Assembly (NCBI GenBank): GCA_965209035.1
Contig: OZ242372.1
Location: 1,440,001 to 1,504,000, forward strand
DNA: 64,000 bases
Direction of reading: 5' to 3'
Source of the DNA: Gammaproteobacteria bacterium
Lineage (GTDB): Bacteria; Pseudomonadota; Gammaproteobacteria; CBDBNL01; JAAOII01
A program made the position numbers and the translations under genes. A model generated the notes under the pieces. That model saw nothing but the letters and a program-made list of their open reading frames with translations. It was not told the DNA's origin and searched no databases. Shown here in pieces: positions 1-7,840 of the stretch. Position 1 is the first letter of the stretch. Every line of letters starts with the position of its first letter.

Positions 1-542
1 ATGTTGTATAGCCCGCATAAGATCAGCATTAAGGGTTCTTCAACTCGTTTCCCGGCCGAGCTCCAAAGACCGCCTCTTAATTCGGCTCTTTTCACGGCAA
101 GGCTATTAATAACGATCAAACTTTCGCTTAGAGTTAAGTCCGCATTGGCTTTATTTAACTTGAGCGTCAGATTGATATCCAAATCCGGTTCCGTATCTGT
201 GATTTCCTTAATGATCTTGTAAAGCATCTCATAGTTCTTCTGCGATGCCTCGATCACTATTTCTTTTCTCGCGGAGTTGAACATATTGTGGATCGTTTTC
301 TTGTTTATTCCGGCATGAATGGCAATGTCCTTGGCGGGTAATGTCGGATCCAGAAAGTGTTTTTTATACCAGTCCGTGGTAATGTTTTCGTTTTTCAGTT
401 TGGCGGCGGCAACTTTCTGAAAAAAGTCAATCGTATATCTTAGAAACTCGTCATTTATTAGGGAGACAACAAGAATACGATAGTCTTCACCGTTTAGGAG
501 TTTTTTGATAATATCTTTGGTAACCTGTTTAGTTATGGTCAT
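1..542 (-). CDS. CfrBI-family type II restriction endonuclease (runs off window start; not in ORF track)
   Basis: Manual translation from ATG at 542: MTITKQVTKDIIKKLLNGEDYRILVVSLINDEFL...SESLIVINSLAVKRAELRGGLWSSAGKRVEEPLML; resembles recalled CfrBI-family sequences; overlaps the end of the upstream MTase by 14 bp. Confidence 0.8.
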   Translation of the reverse strand, partial: MTITKQVTKDIIKKLLNGEDYRILVVSLINDEFLRYTIDFFQKVAAAKLKNENITTDWYKKHFLDPTLPAKDIAIHAGINKKTIHNMFNSARKEIVIEASQKNYEMLYKIIKEITDTEPDLDINLTLKLNKANADLTLSESLIVINSLAVKRAELRGGLWSSAGKRVEEPLMLILCGLYN

Positions 543-1956
543 GTGTTTGTTGCGCTATGGACGAGAATGTTTTGGCATCTGTGAAATGAGCGGAGCAGTT
601 ATTGGCGAGCAACTTTTCTTCAATTCGCCGAATGTATGCTTTTTGCTGTTCTACCAGGAAAAATTTTCTGTCCAAACTGACAGCGGCATTGCCGAGAGTC
701 CCGCTGCCGGCAAAAGGATCAAATACCAAATCGCCGACATACGAATAAAATTCGATGACGCGGTGACATAATTCAATAGGAAAAACGGCACTGTGGACTT
801 TATCGAAAGTTGGATCAATTTTCCAAATATTAGTTGTTTCATATTTTCCCGATATCTTGCTTTGGTTTACCGTATCCGGAGGATATTGACGCATATTCCA
901 ATCTGTCAATTTGTCTGTTTTCTTTCTGTAAACCATTAACATTTCTGTTATGGCGTTTGGTTTATAACCGAGAGGTTTTCTGTGTTGCAAGAAGCCGGCG
1001 TTTCTGTTTTTCACGCTGGCTTCCGGTTTGACCCATACGATATCATCAATAAACTCCCAACCTATGTTTACCAACAAAGGATGAATGTCGTATGGTATGG
1101 GATATCGCTTGCTGGCATGTGATCTGCTAATTCTGGGGATGATAATCGGCGAAGTATTGAGAACAAAAAATCGGCCTTCTTTTGTAGTCCGATAGAGGTC
1201 TTTGAAGAGGCTTTCCAAAAAATCCAAATATTCTTGATAACTTCGATAAATTGAATAATCTCGGGCATTATAGTAAGGGGGCGATGTAAATGTCAGATGC
1301 ACGGATTCATCCGGGATATTTTTCAATACTTCCCGCACATCGCCATGAACCACTGTATTTGATAAAAAAGACGGGAAACGGATCTGAGACGGGTCAATTC
1401 CGCTTTTTTGAGGAGAGGCAATGGCTTCGCCGTTGCGTCGCGTCGTTTCTTTTCTTATCATTTCAATGACTAATTCATTCGGGTGCTCGCGCAGATTTTC
1501 CAATGCTGTTATCACTTCCGCTCTTTTTGAAAAAGCCAAGAGACCGCGAATTGCTTGCAAGATCACTTCAGGATCTTCATCTTTCAAGAAGCCAATCAAA
1601 ACAGATATTATGTTTGCGTCTTTTAGTCTGCCTATGGCAGAGACCGCCTCTTTCCTTATTTCTGTTTTGTTGTTTTCTTTTGTGCAGTCAACAAAAATCG
1701 GTAGCAAGGAGATATCGGATAACTTTGCCAGATTCTTTATGGAAAGAACACGAATTTTATCATTCGGTCTTTTTAGCAGATCTAATAAAAGTTCCTTGCT
1801 ATGATTGTTCTCAAGGCGTCCCAGGTTTTTTAAAATACGCACTACTTGGCTGTCATTTTGATGTTTTACGAATGCTTGAAATGTCGGGACATCGTCTTTT
1901 AGCATGTCAATGGTTACCCGGTCCGTTGAATTTGTGACTTTGTGGATATTTTTCAT
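529..1956 (-). CDS. HEAT-repeat + beta-class amino (probably N4-cytosine) DNA methyltransferase fusion
   Basis: N-terminal ~170 aa HEAT-like repeats (IRKEAVSAIGRL, DEDPEVILQAIRGL); TSPPY motif IV before DPFAGSGT motif I. Confidence 0.88.
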   Translation of the reverse strand: MKNIHKVTNSTDRVTIDMLKDDVPTFQAFVKHQNDSQVVRILKNLGRLENNHSKELLLDLLKRPNDKIRVLSIKNLAKLSDISLLPIFVDCTKENNKTEIRKEAVSAIGRLKDANIISVLIGFLKDEDPEVILQAIRGLLAFSKRAEVITALENLREHPNELVIEMIRKETTRRNGEAIASPQKSGIDPSQIRFPSFLSNTVVHGDVREVLKNIPDESVHLTFTSPPYYNARDYSIYRSYQEYLDFLESLFKDLYRTTKEGRFFVLNTSPIIIPRISRSHASKRYPIPYDIHPLLVNIGWEFIDDIVWVKPEASVKNRNAGFLQHRKPLGYKPNAITEMLMVYRKKTDKLTDWNMRQYPPDTVNQSKISGKYETTNIWKIDPTFDKVHSAVFPIELCHRVIEFYSYVGDLVFDPFAGSGTLGNAAVSLDRKFFLVEQQKAYIRRIEEKLLANNCSAHFTDAKTFSSIAQQTHDHN

Positions 1957-2233
1957 TTGTTATTCACCTCCGCTAAATAAATTTCCGCTAGTTGTTATAT
2001 TGATTCAAAATTAAAAATATTCTTTTTTGTTAATTATTATACTCTCATTAAACCTGCTATGTTTTCATTTCTCGCATATGTCATTGGCTCATCGGCGTAT
2101 CGTTGAAGCGGTAAAACTCGGTTGGGGCGGCTATTGTCATACATATCGTATCCTTCCGGGCTCGTTTGCCTTATAATTTTTACAGACAAGACAACATGCA
2201 ATACTTCCCGATAACGCCATATCCGCGCACCAA

Positions 2234-3094
2234 ATGAACCCGGATTTTTATGATAAGGTGTTTTATCACACTGCCGCGGATATGCAAGAACTGCCGAATG
2301 GCTCGGTTCAATTGATTGTCACTTCGCCGCCTTACTTTAATGTGAAGGATTATGCCAAAAACGGCTATCAAGATAGCGCGCATTCCAATAAGAAAGAATT
2401 GGATCTGGGCGGTATCAACGATTATGAAGATTACCTGAATGGACTGCTCGCTATTTGGCGAGAGTGCGAGCGAGTGCTGAAACCGAACGGCAAACTTTGT
2501 ATTAATGTTCCTCTGATGCCCATGCCAAAAAAGGTGTATCAGACACACTACAACCGGCATATTTTTGATTTGCAAAGCGGTATTCAAAACAGTATTTTGA
2601 AAAATACAAAATTGTTTTTGTTGGATATGTATGTATGGAATCGGACTAATTCTTCCAAGAGTTTAATGTTTGGCAGCTATCCTTATCCGCACAATTTTTA
2701 TGCCCAAAATACGACCGAATTCATTGCCGTATATGTTAAGGACGGATTGCCGGCAAAGAATACGAACGCTCCAAATAAAGAAGCCAGTCGTTTGACGCAA
2801 ACCGAATGGGTGGAGTTCACCAAACAAATATGGAATATCCCGATTCCCGGCAAGGATGATATCGGTTACGGAGAGCATGCGGCCTTGATGCCCGAAGAGA
2901 TCGCCTATCGTTGTATCCGGTTGTATTCCTTAAAGGATGATTTGGTTCTGGATCCTTTTGCCGGCAGCGGCACTACTTTAAAGGTGGCAAAGGAAAATGA
3001 CCGCCATTATGTTGGTTATGAAATTTACGAATTTTATCGCAGTTTGATTAACCAAAAACTTGCCGTTTCTACCAAGCGTCTGCTGTTTGGCTGA
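2234..3094 (+). CDS. beta-class N4-cytosine DNA methyltransferase, M2.MboII/M2.HpyAII-like
   Basis: TSPPY...DPFAGSGTT; segments HYNRHIFDL, LMFGSYPYP.NFYAQNT, EWVEFTKQIW.IPIP match recalled MboII-isoschizomer m4C MTases. Confidence 0.85.
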   Translation: MNPDFYDKVFYHTAADMQELPNGSVQLIVTSPPYFNVKDYAKNGYQDSAHSNKKELDLGGINDYEDYLNGLLAIWRECERVLKPNGKLCINVPLMPMPKKVYQTHYNRHIFDLQSGIQNSILKNTKLFLLDMYVWNRTNSSKSLMFGSYPYPHNFYAQNTTEFIAVYVKDGLPAKNTNAPNKEASRLTQTEWVEFTKQIWNIPIPGKDDIGYGEHAALMPEEIAYRCIRLYSLKDDLVLDPFAGSGTTLKVAKENDRHYVGYEIYEFYRSLINQKLAVSTKRLLFG

Positions 3095-3112
3095 TGCCGA
3101 TGGATCAACCAA

Positions 3113-3916
3113 ATGAACCAGTTACTGAATAAAATTCTTCTTGAAGATTGTTTTACTTTCTTCAATCGGTTACCGGATGCCAGCTTGGATTTGGCAATTA
3201 TAGACCCGCCCTACAACATGCAAAAAGGCGATTGGGATAAATTTTCAGGGGAAAAGGATTTTTTTACTTTTACGCAACGCTGGATTGATGCGTTTTTACC
3301 CAAGATGAAAGCGGACGGCAGTTTTTATATCTTTAATACGCCGCTTAATAGTGCGGTTATGTTGCCGATGCTGTTGAAACAAGGCACACTGTTTCTTAAT
3401 TGGATTACCTGGTATAAAAAAGACGGCTTGGGTGGTTCGAAAAAGCGGTATGTCAATAATCAAGAAACAATTCTTTTCTTTGCGATGGGGGGCGATTATT
3501 ATTTTAATGCCGAAGAAATTCGGTTGCCTTACCTGTCCCGGTCTCGTATCGCACATGCGGAACATAGGGGAATTATCAAAAACGGCAAACGATGGTTTCC
3601 AAATAAGAACGGGCGACTGTGTGCGGATGTTTGGGAATTTTCAAGTTATCGCCATAATAATAAAATTAATGGTAAGACAACAAAATTTTTGCATCCGACA
3701 CCCAAGCCCGAGGCGATGATAGAAAGAATGATTCTTGCCAGTAGTCGTTCCGATAATCTTGTTCTCGACTTGTTTAGCGGCAGTGGCACTACGGCGGCGA
3801 TGTGCATTAAGCATAACAGAAACTTTGTCGGTTGTGAGGCGGTTCCCGAGTTTCATAGCCACATAGAAAAACGAATCAACCCGGAACAACCCGGAACAAC
3901 AGAGCAGTGCGGTTGA
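3113..3916 (+). CDS. beta-class N6-adenine DNA methyltransferase, M1.MboII-like
   Basis: IDPPYN...DLFSGSGTT; GIIKNGKRWFPNKNGRLCADVWEFSS closely matches recalled M1.MboII GILKNGKRWFPNPNGRLCGEVWHFSS. Confidence 0.88.
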   Translation: MNQLLNKILLEDCFTFFNRLPDASLDLAIIDPPYNMQKGDWDKFSGEKDFFTFTQRWIDAFLPKMKADGSFYIFNTPLNSAVMLPMLLKQGTLFLNWITWYKKDGLGGSKKRYVNNQETILFFAMGGDYYFNAEEIRLPYLSRSRIAHAEHRGIIKNGKRWFPNKNGRLCADVWEFSSYRHNNKINGKTTKFLHPTPKPEAMIERMILASSRSDNLVLDLFSGSGTTAAMCIKHNRNFVGCEAVPEFHSHIEKRINPEQPGTTEQCG

Positions 3917-5325
3917 TTAGAAACTTGTATCAAGACACACAAGGGCATGAAGATGTTTTGATTGATCGGATTAAGACAGCACAAGATATTAAACTCCTTG
4001 TTGCCTATGTTAATAGCGGGGTTGTTTCCAAACTCAGGCCTGTTGCCGATATACTTAAAAAGAAAACAAAGAAACAGTTAATTTGTAACTTGGACATGGG
4101 GATTACGGATCCCGGGGCTCTGCAAGAGTTCATCCGGTGGGGTTTTGAAATCAAGCGATATGAAATGAGCCGAGGAACATTTCATCCCAAAGTTTGGTTA
4201 TTCTTAAGTGAGGGCGGAAGTTCTTGTATCATCGGATCCGCAAATGCCACGGGTGCGGCACTAAGTAATAATATAGAGGTCGGAGTTCTTATTGGTCGCG
4301 AAGAAAACGAAAGTTTTTGGGAGCAGACGGTGGGTTATTTTGATTATTTGTGTAAGGAACCAAATAGTCAATTTTTGTCATTGCCTGTGTTGAAAGAGTT
4401 GGCAGACCAAAAAGAGCGCGCCAAACGATGGAAATCTCAAAGAAGAAGGGAGGCATTATCGCAAACAGAAGATTCTGTTGAAGATAAAGAATTGAGTTTG
4501 GCAAAAGATTTTGTGGAAGGTTGGATTAACCTATGGAATAAAGAGATAGCATCCGGTTTGGTTCATTCGCGCCACCCGGCGATAGGACGCGGTTGGTATA
4601 TTATCCCGGACCAAGGGTATATAAACGATGAAACGATGTTGCTCTTGCAAAAGATTACACGGATTATGGAAGGGGGCTTGTTGATGCCGTCGGGTTCTCC
4701 CAATCCGAAACTGCGGAAGATTTTGGATTTAATTTCTTCAAAATTTGTTGGTAAGAAACAGAAGATGGATTCTCGTAGTAAGTTCGTGCGCCAAGAAAAA
4801 AATTATCTTATCCGCTTGGGGTTTTGCTATCACCCCCTAACGCAAACAGGCACAAAAAACGCCGCGGAACTTCTTCTTACCGATTACGGGAGGCAGCTTA
4901 GTGAAGCAAAAAACATTGCCGAGATAAAAAGCGTCTATACGGATGCAATGACCGAATACAGATATCAAGGGCTTCCGCTGTTAGAGTTTATTCGAGTTTT
5001 GTTGACAAAACTGGAATATGTGACATTTGATGAATTTAATTTTTTTGTTAAGCATGCCTGGTCTGCGGATGATTTGGACAGAGTTTGTGAGATCATCCGT
5101 GTTTTTCGTCATGCAAGCGCGGAACAAAAGAAGAATTTTGTGGAACGGACGAACCGATTGCTTAGAGAGAAGGTAGAACGCAGCGGGGCTTCTGTTGTCA
5201 GCAACTATAAAAAAAGCGCGGGACACACACTGAGTGCGTTGGGGTGGTGTGAAGGTTTGGATTTTGATTTTGATGACGAACGGTTATGCTTGCGCCCCGG
5301 TGCGGGACAGGCGGCGCTGCGTTGA
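3907..5325 (+). CDS. putative type IIS restriction endonuclease: N-terminal PLD-family nuclease domain + C-terminal DNA-recognition domain
   Basis: HPKVW...IIGSANAT...NIEVG PLD nuclease signature; overlaps the MTase stop. Confidence 0.75.
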   Translation: MRLIRNLYQDTQGHEDVLIDRIKTAQDIKLLVAYVNSGVVSKLRPVADILKKKTKKQLICNLDMGITDPGALQEFIRWGFEIKRYEMSRGTFHPKVWLFLSEGGSSCIIGSANATGAALSNNIEVGVLIGREENESFWEQTVGYFDYLCKEPNSQFLSLPVLKELADQKERAKRWKSQRRREALSQTEDSVEDKELSLAKDFVEGWINLWNKEIASGLVHSRHPAIGRGWYIIPDQGYINDETMLLLQKITRIMEGGLLMPSGSPNPKLRKILDLISSKFVGKKQKMDSRSKFVRQEKNYLIRLGFCYHPLTQTGTKNAAELLLTDYGRQLSEAKNIAEIKSVYTDAMTEYRYQGLPLLEFIRVLLTKLEYVTFDEFNFFVKHAWSADDLDRVCEIIRVFRHASAEQKKNFVERTNRLLREKVERSGASVVSNYKKSAGHTLSALGWCEGLDFDFDDERLCLRPGAGQAALR

Positions 5326-5367
5326 AGATTTTTCATTTTTCATTTTTGATGTTTAAGGCCGAGAAGT

Positions 5368-7242
5368 TTGGGTGTGAGTGTGATAAATAGCGGCTTGGCG
5401 AATAAGGACAAGATTCTTGCCGAGTTGGACCGGGTGTTGGCCGAATTGCAAAAGGCAAAGCTGATGACAACCCCGCCGAAGTCGGTGGCGATTCGCGGGG
5501 TGCCTCCTCATTTGGGCGCGGACTATGCCACCAATGTCGCGTTGGTGCATGCGGCGACTGCGGGCTTGAAACCCGTGCAACTGGCGGAGGAAATTGTCGC
5601 TCGCTGGCGGCTGTCTTCGGTGCGGGCGGAGGTCGCGCCGCCGGGGTTTGTTAATTTTTATTGTGACGGCGGCGGCGAAGAGGTGCTGCGTGAAATTTTG
5701 TTCACGGGCGACCAGTACGGCGCGGGCATATCCCGCGGCAATGAAAGACGCATTCTGGTGGAATATGTTTCCGCCAACCCGACCGGCCCCCTGCATATCG
5801 GCCATGCGCGGATGGTGGCAATCGGTTCTGCGTTGGTTAATGTGATGCGTTTTGCCGGCTACAAGACGGACAGCGAATATTATGTGAACGACAGCGGCAG
5901 ACAAATGAAGGTGTTGGCGTTCAGTTTTTGTGTGCGTGTTGCGGCGGCACAGAGCGGTAAAAAAATTGAAATGCCGACCGGCTGCTATCGGGGAGATTAT
6001 TTGAAGGACCTGGCGCGCGAGTGGTTGGGGTGCGAAGAGAATCATTTCTCAGAAGAGACAGCGGCGGAGATCGTCCGCCGAGCGGAAGACCCGGCAAAGA
6101 ATACCGGGGCGCAGACGGATGCGGATACCGGGGCGCAGGCGGACGCGGATACCGGGGCGCAGGCGGACGCGGATACCGGGGCGCAGGCGGATACTGATGC
6201 CGAATTGGATGCCGCCATAGCGTTGGTGTTTGCCGAACTTGGCGAAGAGCGGGTCGGCGAGATCAGCGAGTACCTTTTGGAGCGTATGCTCGGGGTCATC
6301 AAAGAAGACCTGCGGTCCTTTGGTTGTCAAATAGATTATTGGAAGCGAGAGAGCGAAACGGCGTCCGGCGATGAGGCGGAAGAGACGATGGCGGAACTGC
6401 GCAGCCGCAAGGTTGTGTATGAAAAAGACAAGGCTCTTTGGTTTGCCGGCAGCGAGTTTGGAGACGACAAGGATCGGGTGCTGCGGCGCGGCAGCGGCGA
6501 GCCCACTTATTTTGCCAATGATATTTTTTATCATCGGGATAAGTATCGGCGCGGCTACGGGCGCCTTGTCAATATCTGGGGGGCGGATCATCACGGTTAC
6601 ATTGCGCGCATGCGTGCCGCGATGCAGGCACTCGGCAATGACGAGGGTGCCTTGGAGATTCTTTTGGTGCAGTTGGTTTTTTTGAAGAACGAAGGTGAAC
6701 GGTTGTCTATGTCCACGCGGGCGGGTCAGTTTGTTTCTCTTGAGGATTTTGTCCGGCATGTCGGCAAGGATGCGGCGCGATTTCTGCTCCTGATGCGGAA
6801 GTCGGATCGCTCGCTGTACTTTGATGTGTCGCTGGCTCTTTCGCACAGCCGGGATAATCCGGTGTACTATGTTCAGTATGCGCATGCGCGCTTGGCAAAC
6901 ATTTTGGCGGAACTGCGCCGGCGCGATATGGATCCGAAAAAGGAAACGGAAAAGGGACTCGGACACATGAGTCTTCTTAACGAAAAGCGCGAGCAGGATC
7001 TGATCACCGCTTTGACAGAGTTCCCCGAGTTGGTGCAGAAAATTGCCGTTGGTTGCGACATCTCCAAACTGACTTTGTATCTGCGCAAGTTGGCGGGCGA
7101 TTTTCATGCTTACTATAATGCGGTGCGTGTGCTGGGTGCGGGCGAGAAGACCCCGCCGAGACTTTGTCTGTGTTTGGCAATTAAACAGGTTCTCGCGAAC
7201 GGTCTGCGGCTGTTGGAAGTTTCCGCGCCGGATCGTATGTGA
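5368..7242 (+). CDS. argS: arginine--tRNA ligase
   Basis: VEYVSANPTGPLHIGH (HIGH), WGADHHGY, MSTRAG, NPVYYVQYAHAR, C-terminal APDRM. Confidence 0.97.
   Translation: MGVSVINSGLANKDKILAELDRVLAELQKAKLMTTPPKSVAIRGVPPHLGADYATNVALVHAATAGLKPVQLAEEIVARWRLSSVRAEVAPPGFVNFYCDGGGEEVLREILFTGDQYGAGISRGNERRILVEYVSANPTGPLHIGHARMVAIGSALVNVMRFAGYKTDSEYYVNDSGRQMKVLAFSFCVRVAAAQSGKKIEMPTGCYRGDYLKDLAREWLGCEENHFSEETAAEIVRRAEDPAKNTGAQTDADTGAQADADTGAQADADTGAQADTDAELDAAIALVFAELGEERVGEISEYLLERMLGVIKEDLRSFGCQIDYWKRESETASGDEAEETMAELRSRKVVYEKDKALWFAGSEFGDDKDRVLRRGSGEPTYFANDIFYHRDKYRRGYGRLVNIWGADHHGYIARMRAAMQALGNDEGALEILLVQLVFLKNEGERLSMSTRAGQFVSLEDFVRHVGKDAARFLLLMRKSDRSLYFDVSLALSHSRDNPVYYVQYAHARLANILAELRRRDMDPKKETEKGLGHMSLLNEKREQDLITALTEFPELVQKIAVGCDISKLTLYLRKLAGDFHAYYNAVRVLGAGEKTPPRLCLCLAIKQVLANGLRLLEVSAPDRM
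6101..6196 (+). repeat. 4 x 24-bp in-frame tandem repeat inside argS (TGAQADAD)
   Basis: ataccggggcgcag(a/g)cgga... units at 6101, 6125, 6149, 6173. Confidence 0.95.
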
Positions 7243-7257
7243 TTGCAATGAGAGTTT

Positions 7258-7812
7258 ATGAAAGACTATGCCAATTTCCCGTCATCGCCGCCGCCAGGCA
7301 CAGGCGGCCGTTCGCGCAAACCGTTGTTTTTACTTGGCGCTTTGTTGTTGTTGGCGTTGGCGGTTGCGCTCATTGCCCGTCATACCCTTCGGCGTTTGGC
7401 AACCGAGGAAGCAGTTGTTCTGCGAGCGGAGAATGCTTCGGTCGCGGAAATTGCGCCTCCTCTGCCGGAAGACTATCAATTTTATTCGCAACTGACGGCG
7501 GAAAAGCCGCTCCGTTTGGACGAGGGCAGGCCCAAAGATGCCGAACAGCAACCCGCCGCGGTTCCCGGCAGCAGGTTCTACATTCTGGTGGAATATTTTC
7601 CCGTTTATGCGGAAGCGTCCCGGCGCGCCCGGGAGATCAAGGATCTGGGTATGGGCGATGCAATCCCGATCAAAACCGAGCCGTATCTGCGCGACGGCAC
7701 GCTGGTATTTCGGATTCGCGTGGGACCCTATGCTTCGCGGTCGGCAATGAACGGGGCGCGGGACAATCTCTACCGGGTTGAGATCCCCCACCGAATTCTT
7801 ACCGATTTTTAG
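7258..7812 (+). CDS. SPOR-domain membrane-anchored cell division protein (FtsN-like)
   Basis: MKDYA start, one TM segment, YQFYSQL motif, C-terminal FRIRVGPY; follows argS as in many Gammaproteobacteria. Confidence 0.75.
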   Translation: MKDYANFPSSPPPGTGGRSRKPLFLLGALLLLALAVALIARHTLRRLATEEAVVLRAENASVAEIAPPLPEDYQFYSQLTAEKPLRLDEGRPKDAEQQPAAVPGSRFYILVEYFPVYAEASRRAREIKDLGMGDAIPIKTEPYLRDGTLVFRIRVGPYASRSAMNGARDNLYRVEIPHRILTDF

Positions 7813-7840
7813 GACGGACATTCAACTCGCTATTCATTAA

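Noticed and set aside
1-222. Plus-strand 73-aa ORF
   Set aside because: Antisense to the CfrBI-family endonuclease
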